This document shows positions 36,584 to 49,310 of a stretch of DNA of 64,000 nt, piece after piece. The stretch is taken from NCBI RefSeq assembly GCF_006345805.1, contig NC_043001.1, positions 113,584,001 to 113,648,000 on the forward strand, in the 5' to 3' direction. Made by a program: the position numbers and the translations under genes. This stretch comes from Octopus sinensis (Eukaryota). The notes under the pieces were generated by a model. The model saw nothing but the letters and a program-made list of their open reading frames with translations. It had not been told where the DNA came from and did no database searches. How positions within the stretch are numbered: position 1 is the stretch's first letter; each line of letters starts with the position of its first letter.

Positions 36584-37162
36584 ATACAAGAGAAAAAAAT
36601 GGAGAAATACATCTAAATCAAATATCAATTACCAGATAATACTCAATCACATACTTTATTAAACGACCCCATAAGAGACAGTATGGTTAAACATAAAAAA
36701 GCAGAACAAATCAGTGTACATAAAGGCATGTACATAAAAAAGTGTATATAAAAGAGTAATGTTGTATAATAAGTAGAATATATATAAAAAAGAGAATATA
36801 AATATAAGTATAGATTATTTATAAACTTAGATAAACTTTGATATGTTTCGACCAAAGATTGGTCCAGGCCATGTCTAACTTAATAGCACCACCTGATAGG
36901 ATTATACGAATCCTGTTTAAGTCAAGTTTTGTTCAAGTAGTGAGTTCTTGTTGGGTGAGTTGTATCCAGTTTTGTTCAAGTAGTGAGTTCTTGTTGGGTG
37001 AGTTGTATCCAATTATGGGTGGCTTATCTGGTATTCTTTGAAGGAATCTATCCAGACTCTGTTTAAAGTTGATGGGATCCTTTTCCTCTTTGATCTCCCT
37101 CGGGACAATGTTAAATAGGGAAGGGCCTGTTGAGGAAAAGAAATTATGTTGCAGTGTACATG

Positions 37163-37204
<42 letters not shown>

Positions 37205-37292
37205 ATATATATATGCATATATATTTATGTGTGCCTTTGTGTTTGTCCCACAACCATCGCTTGACAACCGATGTTAGTATGCTTACGTCCCC
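36138..37292 (+). mobile_element. Interrupted SINE A (head 36138-36251, body 37225-37292)
   Basis: Head and body are separated by a long (TA)n and a CR1 3' fragment. Confidence 0.65.
36840..37165 (-). mobile_element. CR1-type LINE 3' fragment with 43-bp tandem duplication (36925-37010)
   Basis: HNFFSSTGPSLFNIVPREIKEEKDPINFKQSLDRFLQRIPDKP, a typical CR1 ORF2 C-terminus. Confidence 0.8.
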
Positions 37293-39135
37293 ATGCACTA
37301 CAGTCTCAGTGCACTACAAGATAGGACCCCTCCTCCAAAAGGATGGCTCCCTCACAGACAGTCCAACTAAGATCAGTGAGATGCTGAATGACCAGTTCAA
37401 AAGTGTCTTTACCACCCCGTTGGGACACAGACAAGTGAGAGAACCAGTGAAGTTCTTTGCTGCCTCACCTATAACCAGCGAGGCGGTTACAATAGAATGT
37501 ATTGACATTAGCGGAAAAGATGTCCTACTAGCCATATATGAAGTGGACACAAACTCAGCTACTGGTCCAGATAGTTTCCCAGCCATCCTCCTCAAAGCGT
37601 GTAAGCATGCCCTGGCAAAACTCCTCAAGATTCTCTTCCAGAGCTTTCTTGCGAATGGCAAACTGCCAAGCAAGCTGAAGGAGGGAATGATATGCCCAAT
37701 ACATAAAGGGGGAAGTAGAGCAGATGCCAAAAACTATAGGCCAATCTCTCTGACTTCACACATCAGCAATGTCATGGAACGGATAGTCATAAAGAAACTA
37801 ATCGCATTCCTTGAGGAAAATAACTTGCTGAGTGATACCCAGCATGGTTTTCGACCAGGTAGGAGCTGCCTGACCCAGCTCTTACAACATTATGACTGGG
37901 TGTTGAGGCAGTTACTTAACAAATCAAATGTGGACGTAATCTACCTTGATTTTGCAAAAGCTTTTGACAAGGTGGATCATGGTATGATATGCCACAAACT
38001 GCGTGACCTCGGCATAGCTGGAAAACTTGGAGTGTGGTTACATGACTTCCTGAAAGATAGGAGTCAGGCAGTAGTGGTTAATGGAGCCACCTCTATGAAC
38101 ACACAAATAGTGAGCGGTGTTCCACAGGGCACTGTCTTGGGACCACTGCTTTTTATAGTGGCCCTCTCAGATATGCCCTCAAATGCCCGGATAGCCACTC
38201 TGGCCAGCTAAGCAGACGATACGAAAGTCTCGCAGAAAATACAGAACCCCAGCTCTGTTGCACACCTGCAGCAGGAGTTGGACTCAATCTACAGATGGGC
38301 TGAGGATAATAATATGCAGTTTAAAGCTGAAAAATTCCAGGCCCTGCGCTACCAGCATCCAAAACTGAATATTAAACTTACAGGATATACCGGTCCACAG
38401 GGAATTTCAATCCCAGAGCCTAAGTCTGTGAGGGACCTGGGTATCGACATGAGTGATGATACCTCTTTCCAAGTGCACATTGCCAGGATGGCGACAAAGT
38501 GCAGACGGCTGGCTGGGTGGATCCTAAGTACATTCAGAACCAGAGATAAGGAAACCATGATGGTCCTCTGGCGGACATTCGTCCTCAGCCGCCTGGATTA
38601 CTGCTCACAGCTATGGTCACCCACCAGTGTAAAATTAACAGCGGACCTTGAAGCAATCCAGAGAAGATTCACAAAGAAGATCGTCTCTTTGCGACAGCTC
38701 AGCTACTGGGAAATGTTGAAACAGCTAAGACTCTACTCCCTGGAGAGAAGACGGCAGAGGTATGTAGTAATATATATCTGGAAGATCCTGGAAGGAATTG
38801 TGCCAAATTTTGGCATTGTAAGCTACACCACAGCTACACCACAGCTACACCACATTGTAAGCTACACCACAGCTTTTTAATATTCTCCCAAAGTGTCTGA
38901 GGAACTTGCACAAAGTAGATGTAGCGGTTTTTAAATCAAAGCTGGATATCTTCCTGTCGAGAGTCCCAGATGAACCTACCTCACGGCAAGAGGTGCGAAT
39001 GAGAGTAGCTATATCAAACTCAATTCTTCACCAAGTGCCACATATTAGACGAGGTTCTTCGCAATAACAGTGTAGCACAAAACGGCGGTGCATCAGCATG
39101 GCTGCAGCTCTGAGCTAAAACCAGAGAGAAAAAAA
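37293..39135 (+). mobile_element. 5'-truncated CR1-type LINE, ORF2 reverse transcriptase region, disabled
   Basis: NYRPISLTS, QHGFRPGRSC, YLDFAKAFDKV, SGVPQGTVLGPLLF, S*ADDTK (stop at the Y of YADD), RLDYCSQLWSP, FNILPK..SKLDIFLSRVPDEP. Confidence 0.95.
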
Positions 39136-39435
39136 CCCCAACATATTACCTATATATACATGCATACAAGTAATGTTGGGAGAGAGAGAAAGAGAGAGAG
39201 AAAGAGTGAAAGAGATAGAGAGACTGAGCGATGGAAAGGGAGAGTGAATGAGAGAGAGAAAAAGAGAAAGAATGATGGATGTTGTATAGGTAAGGTTTGT
39301 ATGAGTAATGATTTGAATGAGTTAGACCATCAATCTTATTTAAAACTCTTTTGCTTTTGTGTTTGATTAATTCAGCATTTATTATGAGATGAAACGGTGA
39401 AAATATGAAAGCAAAAGCAGTGATGAAATAGAATA

Positions 39436-39516
<81 letters not shown>

Positions 39517-39526
39517 ATAGAGAGAC

Positions 39527-39563
<37 letters not shown>

Positions 39564-39921
39564 CATACATACATACATACATACATACATACATACATAC
39601 ATAGACACACGCACACATGCACGTACAAACACACACACATTACACACACACATATGTAAAGAATTAAATATTCGGATTGCATTAAAAATTGATTGAACGT
39701 ATTTAATTATTTATTTACTTATTTATATATCATGAGAAACTGTATTTATCGCTGTTGGGCCCCAGATCAGTCCTACGATAGAATTTCTTTGAGGAAAGCC
39801 AGCTAAAAGAGTGCATAATATCTTAATCCAATTAATCTGTTGCTCCATAGCAACGTTGGTTTTGAAAGACAATTTTCTTCAATTATTTTATCTACTGTGT
39901 CTATCTTTTTTTTTCTCTAAG

Positions 39922-40032
39922 AAACCAGAATGTACCTACAGAAGAGATTTGACTGATATTTCTAGCAGGTTTATCGGCATTATAATAGCTCCTTCTTTGA
40001 CTGAACAAGAACTAGAAAAGCTTAACCTTCAA
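39922..40032 (+). CDS. Candidate 111-nt phase-0 exon of an unidentified gene (KPECTYRRDLTDISSRFIGIIIAPSLTEQELEKLNLQ)
   Basis: Polypyrimidine acceptor TTTTTTTTTCTCTAAG, donor CAA/GTGAGA, single open frame, non-repetitive sequence. No homology recognised. Confidence 0.25.
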
Positions 40033-41261
40033 GTGAGAAAATAATTTCCCGGTTTCTACAGCTTCGGCGAACCATTATATATTGTTAGACGTCTAAATAA
40101 ACATTTTACTTACATATGATTGTATAATTCCACTATTTTATTGCAGTGAAATGTCAGGCCGTGTGCCTATAGTAAAACGAAACAATATTCCCCGGGAAGA
40201 TGTGTTGAGTGGATATTTATTTTTTGGGTTATCTAACTAATACAGAGTTCTAAGAGGAATAACGAACATAGCGGCTTCCAAACTTCCCTTTCATCCTTGC
40301 AGACTCGATAATATTCCCAGTCCAAGTTTGCGGGCTGGAGGAAGAAAATTGAACCAGTTTCCTTCCAGGAATTCATCTGGTTCTTCGTACTCTGAGCACA
40401 GACGTCGCCTTGATCTAATTGGGTGATAGACTTAATCCGGTTTTTAGTCTACCATTGAAACCTGGTACTTCAGGTACCTTTGGCAAGCTTTCTTTGCGGT
40501 ATTTACTTTGCTCTCTCCACACCACTTGCAACGGAGACCCTATAAAGTGTCAAGGGAGTAATTTGTCTCCTGACTATAGGAGAAGAAAAATGAATTCCAT
40601 CGCCTGACGATGGTCATGGTATTTGAAACACAGTGGTAAATCGTTCTCTTGAATCTACTAGAGAATAACGTGTGCGTGTGTGTGAGTATGTGTGCGTGTG
40701 TGTGTGTGTGTGCACGTGTGTGTGTGGATGAATGCTTGTATGTACGTGCGTGTATCTGCTTTTATGTGTGGATTACATTAGTTTTGCGTTCAGGAGACGT
40801 ACAGGCACTACAAATGATTGATTTCTTGACAAAATACTAATTACAAAATGATTCCTGTAACGATTTAGTTTGTATAGCACTATTCATTTTTAATTATACC
40901 CCTTGACATGTACTGCATAATGATTAAATAATAAACATAGCGGTTAGCTGCAGTGGAATATGACTTGGTACCACGTATTGGTTAAATATTTTAGATGACT
41001 ATGTAGGTACTGGTAAACATAGAAACTACTCTCAGGTCTTCTAACTTTCGTGCAGCGAAACTCAAGGATGCAACAGCGGGAGAAAGAGAAGTTCTAGACT
41101 GGTACTCGTTTCAGCTGAGTAAAAGGACAACAAGAAATGAAGAGCCTTCTTTAGAGACACAACATGTCGTCCGGTCCATGAATTGAACCCACAAAACAAC
41201 TATGACCTTCAGTCTAACTCCGTAACTAGTATGACACTTCATAAGATAGCATAAATTACGA

Positions 41262-41316
<55 letters not shown>

Positions 41317-42242
41317 GATAATCTATCTTAGATACCTTTCATTTATTTATAGCCAGATCAGAATATTTGTTCTATACTAGATCATGTATATAGAACTTAC
41401 AATATATATATATATATATAGACTTAAATTGAATTTGGCGATTGATTTTGTGTTGAAGCAGACCAATGATTGAAGGTCTTCTAATCATGACAACACTGTC
41501 TTCTTTTTTTTTTATCAAATGCAACATTATGTGTCATTATAATTTTGAAATCAGTAGGTATAATTTGAGGTAAATTTATTTTCAACAGGGCAAGCGATTG
41601 CATAAAGTGTTTTTCAGTTTAGAGTATAAGCGTCCTTTCATTTCTGATTAAACTGTGACTGTGGTGTACCACTAACATCAAATGTCTGTAAAAGCCACCA
41701 ATATTAAGTACGCATGAAGGCAGTAGATTTCTAGGGCGCCAGTGATGATCTGTGCTAGTAAACAGCAAATTTAAAGAGTTCAAAGTGTCAAATAATTTAG
41801 TTCAGAGTGAGGTTCTTGATGTCTTGATTTGGACTTTCAAAATCCTTTCGCGAAACCTCCCTCAATTTAGCAAGTAGCAAATTGAAACAGTTCCCAATGT
41901 GGAATAATTTGGTTTGGAAATGTTTAAAGTATTGGACAGGGCTTCCAAAGGGCCTCCACGAAACTTCATATTCTTTCGTATCCTTCATCATATTTTAACT
42001 TTTGATAACAGCTTGTATGTTCACTTATATTTTGCTTTAGGTTCATAAACTGGCAGAATTAATGAGATGTCGGAAAAAATTTCTTGTGGCATTTATTACC
42101 ATCCCCAATTTCAAGACAGCTGTGAAATCTTGATACTGTATATCAGACATTCATTCTACTTCTTGTAATTTCTTTAAAGCAAACACGGTGTTAAAAGCGC
42201 TTTCTACTTCCATTGAATCTGCAATGTATTTCGAACGCAGAG

Positions 42243-42420
42243 AAGAAAAAGAAAAAGAAGAAGAAGAAGAAGAAGAAGAAGAAGAAGAAGAAGAAGAAGA
42301 AGAAGAAGAAGAAGAAGAACAACAACAACAACAACAACAACAGCAGCAGCAGCAACAACATTAATGATGATGATCACCAGCATCATGATCATGATGGTGA
42401 TAATGATAATGAATTTGAAT
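42243..42420. repeat. (GAA)n-(CAA)n-(CAG)n-(GAT)n compound microsatellite
   Basis: Directly visible. Confidence 0.95.
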
Positions 42421-42454
42421 TTAGGTAGAAGGCTAGAAGTTTTGTGGAGTGGGT

Positions 42455-42800
42455 GAGTAGTCGATTTTAGTGCTTGAGTGTTTGTTTATTTTATCCACTC
42501 GGAAAGAAGGCAAATGTAAGTTAACCTCGGCAGGATGAAAACCCAGAATGAAACGAAGCAGAACAATTACTGCAAGACAGTTCTTCCGACGCTCTAAATA
42601 ATTTTTTTCTAATTTAGGCATAATACCAGTAATTTCGAAGGAAAGAGGTCAGTCGACTACAGCTCTCCCTTGTTTGCTATTTTATTTTAACGACTCCCGA
42701 AGGAGCGAATGGCATAGCTGATCTCGGCACGATTCGAAATCAGAACGTAAAAAGCCGGAACGAATACCGCAAAGCATTTGAGCCAACGCACTAAGGATTC
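42455..42800 (-). mobile_element. Two diverged SINE B copies in tandem
   Basis: Degenerate core and head motifs at ~42455-42600 and ~42640-42800. Confidence 0.55.
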
Positions 42801-42814
42801 TTCTGTCGATCCAA

Positions 42815-43083
42815 TTAACAACAACAGCAGCAGCAACAGCAATAACAAATTGGCGGTGGTAATGATGATGATGACGATGAGGATGATGGTGACGATGATG
42901 ACACGGTGATATTGACGACGATGACGACGACGATGATGATGATGATGATGGTGATGGTGATGATGGTGGTGGTGATGATGATGATGATAAAGATGATGAT
43001 GGTGATGATGGTGATGGTGATGATGATGATGGTGATGGTGGTGATGATGATGATGATGATGGTGATGGTGATGATGGTGGTGG

Positions 43084-43159
<76 letters not shown>

Positions 43160-43212
43160 GATGATAATGATGATGGTGATGATGATGGTGGTGATGATGA
43201 TGATGATGATGT
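42815..43212. repeat. (GAT/GGT)n compound microsatellite
   Basis: Directly visible. Confidence 0.95.
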
Positions 43213-44572
43213 TACACAGTATTATCATGTAATCTTTCAGAGGAAATCGCCATCTTCATTAGGACTTTGTTATTATCATGTATCCACGCTAATACTTCAT
43301 TCGCTCCTGATGCTCAAGTGACTTCTTATTTTTCTAATTAGAACTAATGAAATGCCCTGTAATACCAATGTAATCTCGTGTATGCCTCTGGCTCTCCATG
43401 TCTGTTGTTCAAACGGTATGTTGCGCTTCATATAACCTACTTCTACGTTTTTTTTTCATGTGGTTTTCGCTTTTAGCTTTTTCTATCTCCAAGCATCGAT
43501 GTGTCGACATCAAGAAGCATGTTTTGCATAAGTTCTCTCTCTAATTTCAGTATGATAACTGCAGTGGTATTTATTTTTAAACTATCTAAATTCCGAATGG
43601 ACGTCAATTGGAAATATGGTGTGATTATTTCTAATAAACGTGTTCGTGTTTTTATTTATTTGTTTTGCAATTATTATATTTTTTTTCTCCAGCAAAGTAT
43701 CTTTGAATTCTTATGTTTTTTTTTGTCTATCCCTTCATTATTCCCTGATCACTAGGCAATATATCTACACTAAAAAAAAAATTTAAAAAAAAAAAATAAA
43801 ATAAGCGCACACCAAAGCACACATATTTACACAAATACACACACTTAAACGCACATACACACACACACTTCTTTTTACCGTACAGAACTTCAAATTCTCA
43901 TTATATTCTCTCTTGCCAGTTGGCATAAAAAAGGGTCAGCTGAAATTCTAAGGGCATGCTAAATTCTCTGAGCCCCAAGTTATGACAAAAGTAGTTTAGG
44001 CGGTATAAGCCTCCTCTTTTGAACTTAAAAGGAGGGGAACATCATTTACATGCATACTTTACCACTATTTCCATGTATAGTCGTGGTAGCTGACGGTTTT
44101 TGCTGGTTTATAGAGTGAATCTGTATTGTTTTTTTTATCTATTCGTCTAGTTTCAGTCAGTGCTTGTATGGATCTTGTAGTAGTAGCTATGTGTGGTGGC
44201 AACTAACGCGATAGTCTTTTCCCATTTCTCTCATTTAGGACTGGAATATCTTACACCGTTTCAGAATGTGTCTGAGTGGATCACTCTCCCCATTATTTTG
44301 TCCGCCCTATGGTCGGTTTTCTGTTTCCACTTCGGAATAAAAGACTGCCTTCAGAAGTGAGGTATTTCTACAAGGTATCTCATTCGTTCCAGTTGTGCAG
44401 GGAATACCTTGCCTTTAATTTTGGCAATCTTTGCACACAGCAGGATTCCATCATTAGTTAATCTGTTTCGTCACTCACACATTTGCACGTACCATTTCCT
44501 TCTTTGTTGGAAGGTTTCGTGACTAATGTCCAGAATTGGTAACAATAGATAGAAGAAAGCATCACCAATATA

Positions 44573-44980
44573 GGCGCCGGAGTGGCTGTATGGTAAGTAG
44601 CTTGTTTACCAACCACATGGTTCCGGGTTCAGTCCCACTGCGTGGCACCTTGGGCAAGTGTCTTCTACTATAGCCTCGGACAGTCCAAAGCCTTGTGAGT
44701 TGATTTGGTAGACGGAAACTGAAAGAAGCCCGTCGTATATATGTATATATATATGTATGTGTGTGTATGTTTTTGTGTCTGTGTTTGTCCCCCTAGCATT
44801 GCTTGACAACCGATGCTGGTGTGTTTATGTCCCCGTCACTTAGCGGTTCGGCAAAAGAGACTGATAGAATAAGTACTGGGCTTACAAAAGAATAAGTCCC
44901 GGGGTCGGGTTGCTCGATTAAAAGCGGTGCTCCAGCATGGCCGCAGTCAAATGACTGAAACAAGTAAAAGAGTAAAAGAG
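44573..44980 (+). mobile_element. SINE family A, full length
   Basis: Complete from head to tail. Confidence 0.92.
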
Positions 44981-45199
44981 TAATACTCTTTTGCAAGTTT
45001 GACGTTGATATTTATTGTTAAAGATGCGCTTAGCTTTTGGGGTATTTCTTTACTAAGTTCTTTTGGTTTTTGCCTCGTCTTTTATCTGTTTTTCTTTTTG
45101 TTTACCGAAACGCAGTTTGAGGTGTAACTGGCTAAGTATTTCTAATGATAACATTGTATTACGATACTATTAATTATGTCTTGGCCGGACAACAAGGCT

Positions 45200-45575
45200 T
45201 CAAATTTTGGCACAAGGCCAGTAAATCTAGGGAGGGTAAGTCGATTACATCGACCCCAGTATTCAGTTGGTCCTTATTTTATCGACCACGAAAGGATGAA
45301 GGGTAAAGTCGACCACGGTGGAACTTGAACTCAGAAAGTGAAGATGACGATATGCTGGTAAGCATGTTTCCCGGAGTGCTAACGATTTTGCCAGCACAAC
45401 GCGCTAGTTTGCGTATTATTAAGTAAAGTTGAAGGCGGCGAGCTGGTGGAATCGTTAGCACGCCGGGTAAAATGCTTAGTGGCATTTCGTTCGTCTTTAC
45501 GCTCTAAGTTCAAACTCCACCGAGATCGACTTTGCCTTTCATCCTTTCAGGGTCGATAATTTAAGTACCTGGGAA
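45200..45575. mobile_element. Head-to-head pair of SINE B copies (- 45200-45395, + 45430-45575)
   Basis: Core motif present in both orientations. Confidence 0.75.
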
Positions 45576-45717
45576 ACACGGGGGCCGAATAAAAAGGATT
45601 AAGGGAAATTCAGGCTTGGGTTAGTTTTCATGCCATGTGGAAAGAGGAACTGAACATTTTGCTACTATCCTACATCTGAAGGAAGGTATGTATATATATA
45701 TATATATATATATAATA

Positions 45718-45934
45718 CAGTGTACATTAAAACACATTAAGTGGCTGTCATCATAGGTATCCATTACGTTAGAAAGAACAGTTAAAGTCCAAACCACTAA
45801 TTAGGGATAAATTCTCGAAGGGAATGAAAAATAAAAATATTTTATCCCTAATTAGTGGTTTGGACCTTAACTGTTCCTTCTAGCGTAATGGATTCCTATG
45901 ATGGAAGTCTCTAAATGTGTTTTAATGTCCACTG
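45718..45934. mobile_element. 217-bp Tc1/mariner-type MITE
   Basis: TA-CAGTG..CACTG-TA ends, ~97-bp imperfect inverted arms, short spacer. Confidence 0.85.
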
Positions 45935-47027
45935 TATCTTATATGAATAATATATAGTCTATTGACTAATTTTTTTTTCGCTAGGCCACTGGTAGTAGAA
46001 ATTTCTAAATTTTTTATTACCCTGATATTATTAATTATATATATGTATAAAGAGAGAGAGAGAGAGTGAGATACAGAGAGAGAAGAGAGAGAGAGAGAAA
46101 GGCGGGGGGGGGATGCCTTCTTTCAGACCATGAGTTAGTCACATAATGTTAGATTTCACGCTTCTTCATATCGTATGATCTTATCCGATTCAGACCCTAC
46201 TCAGTTTCCTCGAACTGTGACCATTTTAAGCATCCTTAATAAATTAATAGAAAAAAATGTTTGTTTCTTTATTCATGTATCTTGGTACATAAATTTTCAT
46301 CTCCGATATTGTCAAAGTCATTTCTTTTATCCTGAAAGATCTTTTGCTGTTCATTACTTAGGAAATTTTGTAAACATCCTCGTTCAATTAATGTTTACTT
46401 TATATATTTAAGATTCCTCAACAAATATTTACCGAGTTATTCTTCTTGAAATGCTTCGTTGTCTTCCACACAGTGTTCTCCATTTAACTTTTAATTCGTA
46501 ATGTTCGTAATAACCCAGTTTTGTCTCCGATCTCATTGCACTTTTATATATTACATCTCGATACAAAACACTGTAGTAAATATCGGTGCTGGTTAAAGTT
46601 TCTATAGAATATTTGCAGAAACAACCTTAGCAAAAATAACGTAAGTAGCACTGCTGACGCAGTACCACGTACTTGCAAATCTTTAATATTTACATAAAAA
46701 ATTCCCAGAAATGCATCTAAAGTGTAAATTGGTATATCCAATAACTTAACACCGCTGTATGCGGTGGCTATATAAGCAATGTGTTGGGAAACAAATCTGG
46801 GTTAAATGGGTGCCGATGAAGGGGTAACAACCCCCGAAATATGGCATATACGCTCATTACCTACTTTTGTTTCCGATCTCATTGCTTGTTTACATCTGAC
46901 GTTTCGATACGAAACGTTGTAGCAAAAATCAGTGCTGGCTATAGTAGAAACAACCTTAACAAAATCTTTACATATAAAGCTGATGTTGTCTGTGTATAGC
47001 AAGTTTGGTAGCCTTCAACTAATACTA

Positions 47028-47383
47028 TCTCTACCAAGACCCTGCGGCACAAGTTGACCAAAATTGAGAGTATGATAGAAGAAGGCTTGCTCTTCATTCC
47101 GTAGAAGAAAAAAATTCAAACCGGACCATGTTAAGACCAAAAATTATTTACACCAAAAAGGTGCTTTTTTTCTATGAAAATCCCTATTCATTTTACAATT
47201 TTGTGACTGCTGTGTCGTCATTTTTGGGTGAATTCACTTAAAGAGAATAACAAGCTACATAATGCAAAAGTTTTACTTTTCAAAAGATTGAAACTATGTC
47301 AAAACTTTGTTAACGCGACATCAAAGTCTGCCGTTTTAAGCGCAACTAAAAAACAAACCAGAGCCACGCCGGGCTATACTAGT
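47028..47383 (+). mobile_element. Possible non-autonomous Helitron
   Basis: Ends in a degenerate GC hairpin GAGCCACGCCGGG followed by CTAG-T. Possible A/TC start at 47028. Confidence 0.35.
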
Positions 47384-47616
47384 AGTGTGTTGATATAGTA
47401 CAAAGATTCCATGCACTTCATTTAATGCATGCATATAAACTCGTGTATTTCAAGAATAAACACTTGACACCATTTTATGAGAAGAATCTGAAAGATATAA
47501 AGGTAGAATTATTACAATCGGATTTATCAATGTTTGTTTGTAAGTAATTAATAGCTGTAAACTTCGACGAGTAAAAAAAAGACATCTTTGACAATATTCG
47601 TATTAGATATATTTGT

Positions 47617-47760
47617 AAGGCGGCGTGCTGGCAGAACCGTTAACGCGCCGGCCAAAATACTTAGCGGCATTTCGTCCGTCTTTATGGTCAGTGCTCAAAT
47701 TCCGCCGAGGATGACTTTGCTTTCATCCTCTCCGGGTCGATAAAATAAGTACTAGTTTAG
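47617..47760 (+). mobile_element. SINE family B
   Basis: AAGGCGGCGTGCTGGCAGAACCG head plus core. Confidence 0.8.
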
Positions 47761-49262
47761 CACTCTTTACCTCTTTCTTTCAAATTACTGATCTTAAGCC
47801 AATATTTGAAATCAATATTAAATATATTTAAAATACATCTAAAATACAGCACACAAACATACACGCTCATATATACATGTACGAGTATATATATATATAT
47901 ATATATTTATACATATGGATGCATATACACATGTAAGCAACAAATATACACCCATTGATACACACACACATCCATAGATATATACACATGTATGTATTAT
48001 ATATGCGTGTACGTGCATGCATGTATATATAGGATCTCGTACATTCATGTGTATCACACATGTTAAAACTTGACTCTGCGTCACGTTTTAATAGCATTAT
48101 GTGAAGTAATTTTAACTTAATCATTATGTTCTCTATAAACTTGACAGTAAAACTTCCGCATATTGTGAAATCTTTTACGTTTCTCAACGCCTATCATGCA
48201 CATTTTTAATTTTAACTTTTCTTTCTTTAATTTAGTAGTAGTTGATCGCTGTTAGTTCGTCAAGCTGATCAATGTTACAGGTTTTATATCACCTTTTATT
48301 ATATTACAGGTAATTTGAGCGTCTCATTATCTTTAAGGCAGAGATTTCTGATAATAAAATACACCTTGTCAGATTCTACAACTCGCTTATTAATCAAATA
48401 TTAGGGTAGATTAGGTACGTTTTATATATATGTTATACAATGTATTATACAATTATACATACATCGCACACACAACTGCTCACTGTCACGCAATATTAAC
48501 TCTCTCTCTCTCTTCCTCTTTCTCTTCCTCTCTCTCTTCCTCTCTCTCTCTCTCTCTCTCTCTCTTTTATTCACACACATACACGCGCGCATATTTTATC
48601 TTTGATTTCACACATTTGACTTCAATCAGTTCTACACGATTATATCGGTTCTGGTACATGCTATCCTACTTATTTTATTGACCTTTCCAGGAAGAGGTCA
48701 GCAAAGTTCATTTGAGAAATAAAGACGCCAACAGTAGCCAAACAGTGGTTATTTTGTATTATTTTGGTCAAAGCACCTTTCTACAGGATGTATTTGTGCT
48801 TATACATGCACAGACACATTACAAACTTATACATGCGCGCGCGCTCACACACACAGGCACACACAAACACACACACGCACACATAAATACATATATATGC
48901 ATACATATCATTTTTTGTGAAGCATCAACATACCTCTTAACCTTTTTTTTCTTTCGGCTACAAATCGAATGTGCACACCATTTTTTTATATGTTAATCTC
49001 TTTTTCTGCTGACATTTCATTTACTTCCCGTAAATAGTTTCTTGCCTGTTGTAACCTCTCATGTTGTCCAAATGTCCGTCTCTTACTCACAGCATTCCAT
49101 TTGAACTAGCTTACCTCCCCACAACTATAGTATATGTATGTATATATATATATATATATACAAAATGTACATACAAAATTTTGGATGTAAAAAAATTTTA
49201 ATTCATTAATATCAATTTCTACCCATATTTAATTATATATATATATGTATATATATATATAC

Positions 49263-49310
<48 letters not shown>

